Shown here one piece after another: positions 40,032-50,580 of a stretch of DNA of 64,000 bases. The notes under the pieces are model-generated. The model ran no database searches, was not told the DNA's origin, and saw only the letters and a program-made list of their open reading frames with translations. Numbering within the stretch: position 1 is the first letter of the stretch; every line of letters starts with the position of its first letter. Position numbers and translations under genes: made by a program. Source of the DNA: Candidatus Oxydemutatoraceae bacterium (lineage in GTDB: Bacteria; Pseudomonadota; Gammaproteobacteria; Poriferisulfidales; Oxydemutatoraceae); contig CBDCOZ010000003.1 in the NCBI GenBank assembly GCA_965220085.1, positions 1,216,001-1,280,000 of the forward strand, in the 5' to 3' direction.

Positions 40032-40803
40032 AGTGATTGCGCAACCGCCCCACTTCGTTGATCTCAACCTCAACCAGACAGCCTTCGGGCATCGGCCCGA
40101 GCCCGACAGATGTGCCGCAACAAATGACATCCCCCGGATACAGGGTCATGTTGGCCGACAAAGCGCAGACGATCTCATCGGGACTCATCAGCATATCCGC
40201 GACCGGATATTGCTGGACAACATCGCCGTTGATCTTTGTTGTGATGCTCAGGTCTTTCCAGTTTACATCGGTCGCAAGCGCCGGGCCGATGACGCCAAAG
40301 GTATCAAAACCTTTGGCGCGGCTCCATTGATCAAAGCCGGCATAGTCCTTGAGCAAGCCGAAGGCGGTCACATCGTTGATGCAGGTATATCCGGCGATGG
40401 CGTCGCTACCGGCGCCGGGCGCGAGGTTATTGGCTTCGCGGCCGATGACGATGCCCAGCTCGCCTTCAAAAAAGACCTCGCCGTCATACGCCGGCGGATG
40501 GCGGATGGTTTGTTCCGACGCCAGCCAGGAGTTCGGCGGTTTGAACAGGTACAACGGCGTCGCGGGATACTCCAATTTCTTTTCATCGGCCAGCGCCTTG
40601 AAATTATTCCACAAGGCGATGACCTTTGTCGGGCGACACGGCAACAGTATTTCAACGTCGTCAAGCGCATATTGTTGCGCGGTCTTTTCGGGTGTCGCCG
40701 GTATCGCATCGTGTGCGTTCGCGCAGGCCGTCACGGTATTATTTTCCAGAATCCCGTAGCGCGGCGCAACGTCGGCGGCGGTTTTATAACGTAACCACAG
40801 CAT
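40021..40803 (-). CDS. Fumarylacetoacetate hydrolase family protein
   Basis: EGELGIVIG, GYTCINDVTA, KGFDTF and PGDVICCGT motifs. Confidence 0.9.
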   Translation of the reverse strand: MLWLRYKTAADVAPRYGILENNTVTACANAHDAIPATPEKTAQQYALDDVEILLPCRPTKVIALWNNFKALADEKKLEYPATPLYLFKPPNSWLASEQTIRHPPAYDGEVFFEGELGIVIGREANNLAPGAGSDAIAGYTCINDVTAFGLLKDYAGFDQWSRAKGFDTFGVIGPALATDVNWKDLSITTKINGDVVQQYPVADMLMSPDEIVCALSANMTLYPGDVICCGTSVGLGPMPEGCLVEVEINEVGRLRNHYRR

Positions 40804-41827
40804 TTTCTTGTTCCCCCTCGGTCGACTCGAGCATCCGCTCAAATCGTGTTTTGAATTGTCGCATGAAATCGGCTTCGGTCGCGACCGCGGCCTCGTTGCT
40901 AAGCCAGCGACGCCAGTTGCGCGCATGGCGTTGTCCTTTGAACAGATTGAGCAGATGCTTGAGCAACCTGCCGGACGAAGCCTCTTCCTCGCGCAGCGTT
41001 TTTGCGACATAGGCCATGATCAGTTTGCCTAATTCGTAACCGCTTTGCCCGGCAACGCTGTCGCGCGCGTAAAACAGCGCATCCGCATCGCGCAGCATGA
41101 ACGGATTATCGTAAACGGCCCGGCCCAACATCACGCCGTCAAGCGACGCTCGGACACGCTGCGCCTGTTGCAACGACAGGATGCCGCCGTTGAGAATAAT
41201 CTCGCATTCGGGGAACGCTTCTTTCAGACGATAGACAGATTCGTAATCCAGCGGCGGAATAGTCCGATTTTGTTTGGGCGAAAAGCTGTCCAGACGGGCC
41301 AGGCGGGCGTGTACTATGAACACCTTGCAACCGGCATCGGCATTCGCCTCGACAAAGCGCGGCAGATCGGATTCGCCGCGGCGCCCTGCCACCCCTATTC
41401 TGCATTTTATGGACAGCGGCAGATCGCTCGCATCGCGAATCGCTTTGACGCAAGCGGCAGCCTGTTGCGGCATCTTCATCAAGGCGACCCCGAACCCTCC
41501 GGCTTGCGCACATTTTCCCGGACAACCCGCGTTGATATTGAATTCCGCATAGCCCCATCGTTGCGCCAGTTCCGCGCAAGCGGCCATCGCCGCGGGCTCC
41601 CTGCCGCCGACTTGCAAGGCAAGCGGGTGTTCCACCGCGTCATAATCCAATATCCCCCGCGAGTGGCCGTGGATGACCGCTTTGCAACTGAGCATCTCGG
41701 TATAGAGCACGGCGCGCTTTGTCATAAACCGCGCCAAGCGCCGAAAGTAGCGATCGGTGCATTTCATCATCGGCGCGACACAAAAGCGTCTGTCGGGTGC
41801 GGTTGCTGTGGCGGCACTATACTGCAT
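40784..41827 (-). CDS. dusA: tRNA dihydrouridine synthase A
   Basis: APMM..TDR, LYTEM, NINAGCP, HAR.A.L..FSPKQNRTIPPL and GVMLGR motifs. Confidence 0.9.
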   Translation of the reverse strand: MQYSAATATAPDRRFCVAPMMKCTDRYFRRLARFMTKRAVLYTEMLSCKAVIHGHSRGILDYDAVEHPLALQVGGREPAAMAACAELAQRWGYAEFNINAGCPGKCAQAGGFGVALMKMPQQAAACVKAIRDASDLPLSIKCRIGVAGRRGESDLPRFVEANADAGCKVFIVHARLARLDSFSPKQNRTIPPLDYESVYRLKEAFPECEIILNGGILSLQQAQRVRASLDGVMLGRAVYDNPFMLRDADALFYARDSVAGQSGYELGKLIMAYVAKTLREEEASSGRLLKHLLNLFKGQRHARNWRRWLSNEAAVATEADFMRQFKTRFERMLESTEGEQENAVVTL

Positions 41828-41906
41828 TGGGATATTTTATCATGCAGAAAGCCGCTATAATAGAGCACATTTGTCAGACCGACCTGCCACGGTCGCACCC
41901 GTTGAT

Positions 41907-42824
41907 ATGAAAACCGCTCTTGAAATTAAAAACCTGAAAAAAGTTTATGCCTCCGGCCACACCGCGCTGAAGGGAATTGAATTGCGCGTTGAGCAAGGTG
42001 ATTTCTTTGCCCTGCTCGGCCCGAACGGCGCCGGCAAGTCGACGACGATCGGCATCATCACATCGCTGGTCAACAAGACCGCCGGCGAGGTGCGGGTGCA
42101 CGGCTTTGACATGGATAAGGACCCCGAACAGGCCAAAGACTTCATCGGTCTGGTTCCCCAAGAGTTCAACTTCAACGGGTTTGAAGGCGTGTTGGATGTG
42201 TTGATTCATCAGGCCGGCTATTACGGCGTGCCGGCGAAAGTCGCTTGCAAGCACGCCGAGGAGCAGTTGCGCAAGCTGGAGTTGTGGGACAGACGGCTTT
42301 CCGAAGTGAGGAGCTTATCCGGCGGCATGAGACGCCGCTTGATGATTGCGCGCGCAATGGTGCACCGCCCTCGCCTGCTGATTCTGGACGAACCGACCGC
42401 GGGGGTTGACATAGAAATACGCCGGATGATCTGGGATTACTTGTGCGAACTGAACCGCAGCGGCACGACGATCATTTTGACCACGCATTACCTGGAAGAA
42501 GCCGAGCGCCTGTGCCGCACCATAGCGATTATTTCGGACGGCGAAATCATCGCCGACACCGATATGCGCAGCCTGCTGGAGAAAACAGAGTCGGAATCAT
42601 TTACCCTCTATCTGCGCCGCCCTATCAGCGAAGAGTTTGCGATCCCCAATGTGCGCAGCAAGCGGATCGATGACCACACCTTGGAAGTGGTGGTGCGCAC
42701 CGCGGATGACTTGCCCGATGCTTTGCATGCCCTGAAACAGCGCGGCATACAATTGAGCGGCATACGCAATACCAGCAATCGGCTGGAAGAATTATTCCTG
42801 CAATTGGTAGCGGAAAATGAATAG
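41907..42824 (+). CDS. ABC transporter ATP-binding protein (YadG-like)
   Basis: GPNGAGKST, GLVPQEFNFN and LSGGMRRR motifs. Confidence 0.9.
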   Translation: MKTALEIKNLKKVYASGHTALKGIELRVEQGDFFALLGPNGAGKSTTIGIITSLVNKTAGEVRVHGFDMDKDPEQAKDFIGLVPQEFNFNGFEGVLDVLIHQAGYYGVPAKVACKHAEEQLRKLELWDRRLSEVRSLSGGMRRRLMIARAMVHRPRLLILDEPTAGVDIEIRRMIWDYLCELNRSGTTIILTTHYLEEAERLCRTIAIISDGEIIADTDMRSLLEKTESESFTLYLRRPISEEFAIPNVRSKRIDDHTLEVVVRTADDLPDALHALKQRGIQLSGIRNTSNRLEELFLQLVAENE

Positions 42825-43596
42825 GTTTGTGCGCAACAAGATAGTCGCTCTGTATACGCTGATTCGCCGCGAGGTCATACGCTTCATGCGGATTTGGCCG
42901 CAAACCCTGTTGCCGGCGGCGGTCACGACGATACTCTACTTTGTTATCTTCGGCAAACTGATCGGCTCGCGAGTCGGCGACATTCAAGGCTTCTCGTACG
43001 TTGATTTCATCGCCCCCGGGCTGGTCATGATGACAGCGCTGACCAACGCATACAACAATGTCGCCTCGTCATTCTTCAGCGCCAGGTTTCACGGCAACAT
43101 CGAAGAGATGCTCATCTCCCCGATGCCAAACTACATTATCCTCACAGGCTTTGTCATCGGCGGCATACTGCGCGGCTTGGCGGCGGGCGTCATCGTATCG
43201 CTCGTTGCGATGTTTTTCACGCCGTTCCTTTTTGACAACATCGGCCCCAGTCTGCTGGTCATGGTCGCAACATGCGCTTTGTTCGCTTTGGCCGGATTGA
43301 TCAACGGCATCTATACAAAGAACTTTGACGGCATATCGATCATACCGACATTTGTCTTGTTGCCATTGACGTATCTCGGCGGCGTATTTTTTCCGGTGGA
43401 ATTGCTGCCCGGTATCTGGCAAAAAGTATCCCTGTTAAACCCGCTGTTTTATATCATTAACGCATATCGTTCAAGCACATTGGGAATATCCGATGTGCCC
43501 TTTGTGCCGTCGGTGCTGATGATTTTTCTGTTCTTGATTGCAGCGGTCATCTTCGCGCTCTATTTGCTCCGCAAAGGCGTCGGGATTCGCACCTGA
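42817..43596 (+). CDS. ABC-2 permease (YadH-like)
   Basis: RFMRIWPQTL, YNNVASSFF and PLTYLGGVFF motifs. Confidence 0.9.
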   Translation: MNRFVRNKIVALYTLIRREVIRFMRIWPQTLLPAAVTTILYFVIFGKLIGSRVGDIQGFSYVDFIAPGLVMMTALTNAYNNVASSFFSARFHGNIEEMLISPMPNYIILTGFVIGGILRGLAAGVIVSLVAMFFTPFLFDNIGPSLLVMVATCALFALAGLINGIYTKNFDGISIIPTFVLLPLTYLGGVFFPVELLPGIWQKVSLLNPLFYIINAYRSSTLGISDVPFVPSVLMIFLFLIAAVIFALYLLRKGVGIRT

Positions 43597-43756
43597 TCGG
43601 CGCGGCGATCAACCCGGCGCACCCGGGATTCGCATCTCCTTGAATGCAACCGGCCGGACAAGTCGGCAGTCGCCGTATAAGAGTGTCGCCCTCTCGGTCG
43701 GAAACTCCGGAGTCTGCTTGCGGTCGTTGTTCGGGCAATGATGGCGGCGGTGCGGC

Positions 43757-43832
43757 TGGCGTCCCCAAGGGGAGTCGAACCCCTGTTACCGCCGTGAAAG
43801 GGCGATGTCCTAGGCCTCTAGACGATGGGGAC
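43757..43832 (-). tRNA. tRNA-Glu (TTC)
   Basis: GTCCCCATCGTCTAGAGGCCTAGGACATCGCCCTTTCACGGCGGTAACAGGGGTTCGACTCCCCTTGGGGACGCCA. Confidence 0.97.
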
Positions 43833-44204
43833 GCTGTGCACGATGGATAATTGTCTCTGTATAAACCCATTAGTCAAGAGTTTGGAAACCTAAGTTGCCG
43901 CTACGACAGTCGCAGAGATTCGGCGACAACACAAAAACTATCCCCAAACCATCTTCGATGGCACACCCCACAAACAACCCGCAAACAGTTTGTGGAACAC
44001 AAACAATACTTAATTGTTTGTGTGATGAAGTCTGAAGTATTGGCATCTGGCTTGGGTGTGCAAACAATACTAATGAGGCACAAACCGCGGCTTGTCCCGG
44101 CCCGCGCACCATCGCGCGACCGATCGCCATCCGATAAGCGGCGACGCGCGCGCGACCTCGCGTCGGCATAGCACACCGCAACGCAAGCTCCGTCTTGGCC
44201 AAGG

Positions 44205-44430
44205 TTTCAAGACGATGAATGTATCAATGAACGCTTTAACCGCGCGTTTCAAGAAGAGTCTGTGGAATTTGAAGAGGGTTTGTGGCGGACCGATATGCGG
44301 ACATTTAATGATTGTCGGATAAAATATCTATTAGGGTTTAACACCCGACGACCACGCTACAGACTGAAATTTCAAGCGCTTATGCCACAGCACAATATTT
44401 GCCAGATGCCCGATATTTCATGGCATCAAA
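44205..44430 (+). pseudogene. Degenerate 3' remnant of an IS481-type transposase
   Basis: NERFNRAFQEESVEFEEGLWRTDMRTFN...FNTRRP aligns with the C-terminus of the 25821-26879 transposase. Confidence 0.8.
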
Positions 44431-44437
44431 AAGGCGC

Positions 44438-44796
44438 TTGCAAATGATTGAGCTTGTGGTATAGTGCGACGGAATCCATGAGGAGGAGTGCAACAGTTGA
44501 ACTTGCAAATGACTAAATTTATGATACCGTAACAGTTTATGGAGCACAAACAAAAATAAGGACACACAAACAGTTTATGGAACACAAACAATTAATATTG
44601 TTTGTGCCTCATTAAATATTGTTTGTGCTCCCACTTACGTTTGTGCCTCATTAAATGTTTGTGTACATATATCGTATAATTACACTTGCTAGAAACAGGA
44701 GATATGACACTTGTAGATAACTTGCAATTTTGTGGCAGAGTACACAGCACTCATCGCACAACTGCATTTACTAGAAAGAGGAAATACATTCTTAAG
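44438..44796 (+). promoter_or_regulatory. Displaced leader of the 46198 gene: TTGCAA-N16-TATAGT and CACAAACAA..TTGTTTGTG palindrome
   Basis: Homologous to the reverse complement of 62050-62282; palindromes at 44583-44606 and 43998-44022. Confidence 0.6.
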
Positions 44797-44925
44797 AGAA
44801 ATAGGGGAATTATGTATTTAACTTGACAGAGGCGGATTATGTCAGGCAGGAAACTTGACAAAGATACCAGTACGCTATATACCTATATCTTAATTCGTTG
44901 TTAAACCACTTTGGGGATTAGGACT

Positions 44926-45846
44926 ATGAGTAAGAGAAAAGCAGAAATATTAAGCCTATATCAGATTATGGAGCAATACCCGACCGATGAAGCGACCATA
45001 CGATACCTTGAAAGTCTGGCATGGAGTGATAAGCCGGTATGTTCCAAATGCGGATGTGATAACAAAATTACAGAGCAAAAGAAAGCTGGCGATTATTGGT
45101 GCGGTAGCTGTCGTTCATACTTCAATGTATTCACCAATACACCGCTAGAGCGGAATAAAGTAGATGCCAGAAAATGGGTTTATGCTTCCTATACCCTGCT
45201 CACTTCACGCAAAGGGATAAGCAGTCTGCAATTAAGCAAAGAGATTGGAGTGCAACAAAGAACAGCGTGGTATATGCTTCACCGCTTGCGGGTTATATGT
45301 GGCGGGGATATGCAGGCGCTGCATGGGCAAGTAGAGACAGATGAAACTTATATCGGCGGCAAGGAGAAAAACCGCCATCCCAACAAGAAAAAGCGGGCGG
45401 GTCGCGGTGGTGCTGGCAAGACTGCTATACTGGGTATGCGAGAGCGTAAAGGCAGAGTAAAGGCCATGCCAGTAGAGAACACTACAAAGGAAACACTACA
45501 GACCGCCGTACATAAAAATGTCCGCAAGGGTTCTACCCTTTTTACTGATGAAAACCCCTCATACAATGGTGTTGCCAATCGCCACTATGCGGTTAATCAT
45601 TCTGCGAAGGAATATGTAAATGGTATGGCGCACACTAACGGCATAGAATCCGTATGGGCTGTACTCAAGAGAGGTTTTAGCGGTGTGTATCACAACTGGA
45701 GTAAGAAGCATTGCAGGGCTTATGTCAATGAGTTTTCCTTCCGTCTTAACGATGGCAATTGTGAGATAGATACCCAAGACAGATTAAACAGTTTGTTTGC
45801 CGGTATGCACGGCAAGCAGATTACTTATAAGGAATTGACAGGATGA
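44926..45846 (+). CDS. IS1595-family transposase
   Basis: Zn ribbon, KGISSLQL, VETDETYIGG, TDE, HTNGIESVW and Y.NEF.FR motifs. Confidence 0.93.
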   Translation: MSKRKAEILSLYQIMEQYPTDEATIRYLESLAWSDKPVCSKCGCDNKITEQKKAGDYWCGSCRSYFNVFTNTPLERNKVDARKWVYASYTLLTSRKGISSLQLSKEIGVQQRTAWYMLHRLRVICGGDMQALHGQVETDETYIGGKEKNRHPNKKKRAGRGGAGKTAILGMRERKGRVKAMPVENTTKETLQTAVHKNVRKGSTLFTDENPSYNGVANRHYAVNHSAKEYVNGMAHTNGIESVWAVLKRGFSGVYHNWSKKHCRAYVNEFSFRLNDGNCEIDTQDRLNSLFAGMHGKQITYKELTG

Positions 45847-45998
45847 AAACCACCCACAGCATAACTACAGTTTCGGTGAAGGTAGATAATTCAAAAAGGG
45901 TTCCTTTGATAATAGATTTATCGGTGGTGCTATCCTTCCTTTGAGTATGAAATAGACAATGTAGAGCATGACACATCTAATCAGTCAGATATGCAAAT

Positions 45999-46157
45999 AT
46001 GAAACAGAAAGACTTAGACAGAGCGGCTACGGCACTACTTAAAGCAGGGAAACCGCCGAAGGATAAAGATTGCCCGATACCGACAAAAGCAGACTTAAAC
46101 CGTAAGTTTGTCATGCGGGTAGACCGTCAAGGCAAACCCACAATTATTGAGAAATAA
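45999..46157 (+). CDS. 52-aa passenger ORF inside the IS1595 element
   Basis: MKQKDLDRAATALLKAGKPP...IIEK*, ending just before the right IR. Confidence 0.5.
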   Translation: MKQKDLDRAATALLKAGKPPKDKDCPIPTKADLNRKFVMRVDRQGKPTIIEK

Positions 46158-46197
46158 TACCTCTGTCAAGTTAAATACATAATTCCCAGAAATAGAT

Positions 46198-47817
46198 ATG
46201 AAAAAAGAAATTTATAATACTACCCCCCCCCATGTAAATAGAAATAGGGGGATTGCGGGTACTTGGCTCTATGGCCTCGTCGCCCTCTTCCTGCCGCCAT
46301 CCCATATAGACTCGCCATACACCGCACAGTTGCGCTACCCGATTTCGCCCGGGCTTTCGCTGTGGTTGCGGCTTGTGGCGCTGTTCGCACCCGCACGGGC
46401 GGCGGTGCATGGCATCGGCTGGGCCGCCATGCATTGTCTGCTGACCCTGTGCCTGGCATTGGGCGCGAACTGGGCGAATGCCCAAGCTCAGGACAGCAGA
46501 ATTGATGTCCCTGTTGGCAACGATATGCATATATTCGATGCAACAGACTTCGGAGCCAGACTCGGTAACAGTGTAACCTTCATCTCCCGCCCCACTTATG
46601 GCAGACTGATTGATCTCTCTGACAATAACATGGTGGAAATCAGAGGAGATGTGCTTGCTGGCGAGCCTGGAGATGTTTTCTTCGCCCACGAACTCAACGG
46701 CGAGAATGATGGCAGCGGCGCCGCATACACACTCCCGGCCGATGCCATCTCTGTCGCCAACGGTTATGACAGTTTTGCTTTCTCGATAGAGGCCGGGGGT
46801 GTCAGTACCGAGGCCATCATGACTATCAATCTGGTGGGAGCGTCCACGCAGATGGCCGCCAGCGGTGCGCCCACTGTTGCGGCCGCCATGGGCCACACCG
46901 CCTATAACGTCGGTGTGCCGCTGACTGCTTCCATCACAGGTGTGACTGAGCTCAACGGCATCAATGTGGAAACTCTGGCATGGAAGTGGCAACAGGCCGA
47001 TGCCCCCGCCAGTGGTGCTCCCATGGCCAGTGCCTACAGCGATATAGCGGGAGCCACTGCCACGGGCGCAGCTTCCTCAGACTTCACACCGCTTGTCGCC
47101 CATGCTGGAAAGTACATACGGGTCTGTGCCGCATTCATGGATCAGTTTTCCACTCCGGCGGCCTCAGGAGATCTGTGCAGCACCGGCAGCCAGGTGACCA
47201 ATGCGCCATTCTTTGGCGATGCATCGGTGGATGATCAAGTCTGGGTGACCGGCACCGCCATAGCCGCCCTGGTTCTGCCTGAGGCCATGTTTGGCAATGG
47301 CACATTGACTTACAGCCTGATCCCCACAAGCCTGCCCACCGGCCTCTCCTTTGATGCAGTCACCCGCACTATCAGCGGCACCCCGACGGCGACAACTTCA
47401 CAGCCGTCCTCATATGTTTGGTCTGTTGCCGATGACGACGGCGATACAACCACGCTGCTCTTCGATATAGAAATCAGTGCCGATGCAAAACCGGCCTTTG
47501 CCACCGAGGCGGCCATCGCCGACCAGACCTGGATTACCGGCACCGCCATAACCGACCTGGTGTTGCCTGCGGCCACCGGCGGCAATGGTGCGCTGACCTA
47601 TACCCTGACCCCGGCACTGCCCGCGGGCCTGAGCCTTGATGTCGCCACCCGCACCATCAGCGGCACACCCACGGCGGCGGCGCAGAGCAACTATACATGG
47701 ACAGCGGCGGATGCCGACAACAACACTGCAAGCAGCGATACGACCAGCCTGACTTTCAGCGTCATCTCAAATATACGCTTGCGCCTGCGCCTCTTTCTTG
47801 AGGGGCCGCTACGATAG
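46198..47817 (+). CDS. Exported Ig-like (He_PIG-type) repeat protein, LEGPLR family member (poly-C9)
   Basis: C9 at 46223-46231; ANAQAQ cleavage site; two LP.GLS.D..TRTISGTPT repeats; ends IRLRLRLFLEGPLR*. Confidence 0.85.
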   Translation: MKKEIYNTTPPHVNRNRGIAGTWLYGLVALFLPPSHIDSPYTAQLRYPISPGLSLWLRLVALFAPARAAVHGIGWAAMHCLLTLCLALGANWANAQAQDSRIDVPVGNDMHIFDATDFGARLGNSVTFISRPTYGRLIDLSDNNMVEIRGDVLAGEPGDVFFAHELNGENDGSGAAYTLPADAISVANGYDSFAFSIEAGGVSTEAIMTINLVGASTQMAASGAPTVAAAMGHTAYNVGVPLTASITGVTELNGINVETLAWKWQQADAPASGAPMASAYSDIAGATATGAASSDFTPLVAHAGKYIRVCAAFMDQFSTPAASGDLCSTGSQVTNAPFFGDASVDDQVWVTGTAIAALVLPEAMFGNGTLTYSLIPTSLPTGLSFDAVTRTISGTPTATTSQPSSYVWSVADDDGDTTTLLFDIEISADAKPAFATEAAIADQTWITGTAITDLVLPAATGGNGALTYTLTPALPAGLSLDVATRTISGTPTAAAQSNYTWTAADADNNTASSDTTSLTFSVISNIRLRLRLFLEGPLR

Positions 47818-47837
47818 CGGTCCCGCCGTAGCATCAT

Positions 47838-48080
47838 TCTCTGCGACTCTCCCGCGAGGGGAGAGTATTGGTTGTACTCCCCCCTTGTGGGGGAGTCGGC
47901 AAACCAAGGGCGAAGCCCGCAGGTTGACGGAGAGGGCGTGTGCTTCCAGCTTTCTTAGCGCAAGTGTTTCCCCCTCACCGCATCGTCCTTCGCCTGCGGA
48001 TCGGTCTCTGCGACTCTCCCGCGAGGGGAGAGTATTGGTTGGTGCGGGTACCCCCTCTCTGGCGTAGCTTTGCTACGCTG
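47838..48080. repeat. REP/MITE-like palindromic elements
   Basis: CTCTGCGACTCTCCCGCGAGGGGAGAG twice; same family as the 10.8 and 13 kb copies. Confidence 0.65.
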
Positions 48081-48202
48081 ATTTGCTTTAAGATAGACAT
48101 ACAGCTGTGGCAAGTATCGGCGGAACATAAAAGATTGGCGAGGCGCGAGGCGGCGGTTCAAGGCGATGCCCGCAAGCCTCCTGTCACGACAAAAGTTTGG
48201 GG

Positions 48203-48278
<76 letters not shown>

Positions 48279-48312
48279 GGAGTTTCGTCATTATAACGGA
48301 ATCGGCGCGGGT

Positions 48313-49083
48313 TCAGCCGGTCACCCCCCGCTCGCTGTCTTCAATGAACTGCAACAGATAGGCGACTTCGGGGTGTTTGCGCCCAAGGTCAAGATACTTC
48401 TGGCGATGTTCTTTGTGCCCCATCGGCGCGCGGATGAGGTCTTTCCATGCTTGGCGCAACGCCTTGATCGTCTCGGCCGAGAACCCGGCGCGTTCCAAAC
48501 CGATGGTATTCGGGCCGTAGGTTTTGACCGGTTCGCCGGCGGATATCATGTAGGGGGGAATGTCTCTCTGGAAATTTGACCGCATTCCGGTGAAGGCGTG
48601 CCGCCCTACCCGACAGCGCTGGTGCACCAATGTGAAGCCGCCGAGGGTCACATGATCTTCGACCGTGACGTGTCCGGCGAGCGAAGCGGCGTTGGCAAAG
48701 ATTGTGTGGTTGCCGACGATACAGTCGTGCGCAATATGGACATATGCCATCAGCAGGTTGTGGTCGCCGATGACCGTTTCCATGCAGCCGTCCTCGGTGC
48801 CTCGGTTGAGGGTGACAAACTCGCGGATGGTGTTGTTATTGCCGATAATCAGCCGGGTCTCGCCGCCGCGGTATTTCTTATCCTGCGGCGGTTGGCCGAC
48901 GGATGCATAGGGCAGGATGTTGTTGTCGCAGCCGATCACGGCGGGCCCTTGGATGACGGTGTGGGATTGCACTACGGTGCCTTTGCCGATTTTGACTTTG
49001 GCGCCGATGACGCAATACGCGCCGATTGAGGCGCCGTCATCAATCTCCGCGTTGGGATCAATGATTGCTGTGGGATCTATCAT
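48313..49083 (-). CDS. lpxA: UDP-GlcNAc acyltransferase
   Basis: PQDKKY, IREFVTLNRGT and HIAHDC motifs. Confidence 0.96.
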   Translation of the reverse strand: MIDPTAIIDPNAEIDDGASIGAYCVIGAKVKIGKGTVVQSHTVIQGPAVIGCDNNILPYASVGQPPQDKKYRGGETRLIIGNNNTIREFVTLNRGTEDGCMETVIGDHNLLMAYVHIAHDCIVGNHTIFANAASLAGHVTVEDHVTLGGFTLVHQRCRVGRHAFTGMRSNFQRDIPPYMISAGEPVKTYGPNTIGLERAGFSAETIKALRQAWKDLIRAPMGHKEHRQKYLDLGRKHPEVAYLLQFIEDSERGVTG

Positions 49084-49115
49084 TGGGAATCCGACCGATG
49101 AGTAACTGGCAATGC

Positions 49116-49556
49116 CTATTCTTTGTTGACCATCAGATTGATCACGGCCTGTGTCGCGACCTCGCCGTCTACCGTCGCGCGCGTATCAAAACTGAAGTAA
49201 TTCTCCCGGCTGCGCTTGACCGTGGCGCGCAAGGTCAGTTGGTCGCCCGGTATGACCATCCGCTTGAAACGCGCTTGGTCGACCCCGACGACAAAAAACA
49301 AATGGTCGCGCAGGTGATGCAGCGAAGGGTCTTCAAACAACAGCAACCCGCAGGTTTGTCCCAGCGCTTCCAGTATCAATACGCCGGGCATGATCGGCTG
49401 GTGCGGGAAATGGCCTTGAAAAAAGGATTCGTTATAAGTGACGTTTTTAATCGCGGTCAACGAACCTTCCTCGTACTTCATGACGCGGTCAACCAGCAAC
49501 ATCGGATACCCGTGCGGCAACAGTTTTATAATTTGTGATATGTCAGCAAGCCTCAT
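49116..49556 (-). CDS. fabZ: 3-hydroxyacyl-ACP dehydratase
   Basis: LPHGYPMLLVDRV and GHFP..PIMPGVLILEA motifs. Confidence 0.96.
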   Translation of the reverse strand: MRLADISQIIKLLPHGYPMLLVDRVMKYEEGSLTAIKNVTYNESFFQGHFPHQPIMPGVLILEALGQTCGLLLFEDPSLHHLRDHLFFVVGVDQARFKRMVIPGDQLTLRATVKRSRENYFSFDTRATVDGEVATQAVINLMVNKE

Positions 49557-50575
49557 TTCTTTCCCCCCTTTTGTATGGATTCCGACTTCTCTCCGAACAG
49601 TTTGTAAAGTTTTTTGTATATGGCGAGGTTTTTTAACGCCAGTTTGCGTTCTTGCAACGGAACGCCGCCGTAAGCGCCGGGCTGTCCGATGGATTGCGGC
49701 ACCCAGCTGCCGCCCATAATGACGACATTGTCGCATATCGCGATATGCCCGTTGATACCGCTCTGGCCGCCGATACGGCAATAGCGCCCGATTTTCGCAC
49801 TCCCCGCAATGCAGGTGCACCCGGCAATCGCCGTATGCGCGCCGATGGTAACATTGTGGGCGATTTGCACCTGATTATCTATCTTGACGCCGTCCTCAAT
49901 GACGGTCTCGTCAAATGTCGCGCAATCTATCGTCGTGCCCGCGCCGATCTCAACGTCATTGCCGATTCTGACCGAGCCCGATTGCTCTATCTTCACCCAG
50001 CTTTTATCGGGCGCCTCGGCAACCCCGAAACCGTCGGCTCCGATTACCGCGCCCGAATGAATGATGCTGCGCTCCCCTACTTCGGTGCCGTGATAAAGCG
50101 TGACATGGGCAAACAGATGGCTGTCGCGACCGACTTTGCTGTTGGCCATGACCACGCAATGGTGGTCGATCTCCGCGCCGTCGCCGATGATGCAATGGTC
50201 TTCAATCACACAGTACGCGCCGATGTTCGCTTTGCCGACTTGCGCGGTGGCGGCAACCGTCGCCGTCGGATGCGCGGCGTATGTCGCCGGCGTTCTTTTG
50301 AATAACTGCGAGACGCGGGCGAAAGCAAGATACGGGTCGTCGCAAATCAAAGCGGCTGCGCCGCAGTCGCTGTAGTCTTTCTCCTTGACGATAACCGCAA
50401 TGTCTTTGTTATCCCGCAGCAGATGACGGTAACCGGGTTTGACGCTGAAGGTAATCGTATTCGCGGCGGCCCGGCCGAGGCTGCCGGTGCCGGTAATCTT
50501 TAGGTTTTTATCGCCAATGGCTTGCGCGCCGATGCGCTCGGCCAAGTCACCCAGGGTGTAACCCTTGCCGCTCAC
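49553..50575 (-). CDS. lpxD: UDP-3-O-acyl-glucosamine N-acyltransferase
   Basis: IGADGFG and KIDNQVQIAHNV motifs; hexapeptide repeats. Confidence 0.96.
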   Translation of the reverse strand: MSGKGYTLGDLAERIGAQAIGDKNLKITGTGSLGRAAANTITFSVKPGYRHLLRDNKDIAVIVKEKDYSDCGAAALICDDPYLAFARVSQLFKRTPATYAAHPTATVAATAQVGKANIGAYCVIEDHCIIGDGAEIDHHCVVMANSKVGRDSHLFAHVTLYHGTEVGERSIIHSGAVIGADGFGVAEAPDKSWVKIEQSGSVRIGNDVEIGAGTTIDCATFDETVIEDGVKIDNQVQIAHNVTIGAHTAIAGCTCIAGSAKIGRYCRIGGQSGINGHIAICDNVVIMGGSWVPQSIGQPGAYGGVPLQERKLALKNLAIYKKLYKLFGEKSESIQKGGKK

Positions 50576-50580
50576 CGGAT

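Larger units (their letters stand above)
44805..46187 (+). mobile_element. IS1595-family element, 1383 bp
   Basis: Perfect 28-bp IRs (44805-44832 and 46160-46187); 8-bp target duplication AGAAATAG (44797-44804 and 46188-46195). Confidence 0.95.
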
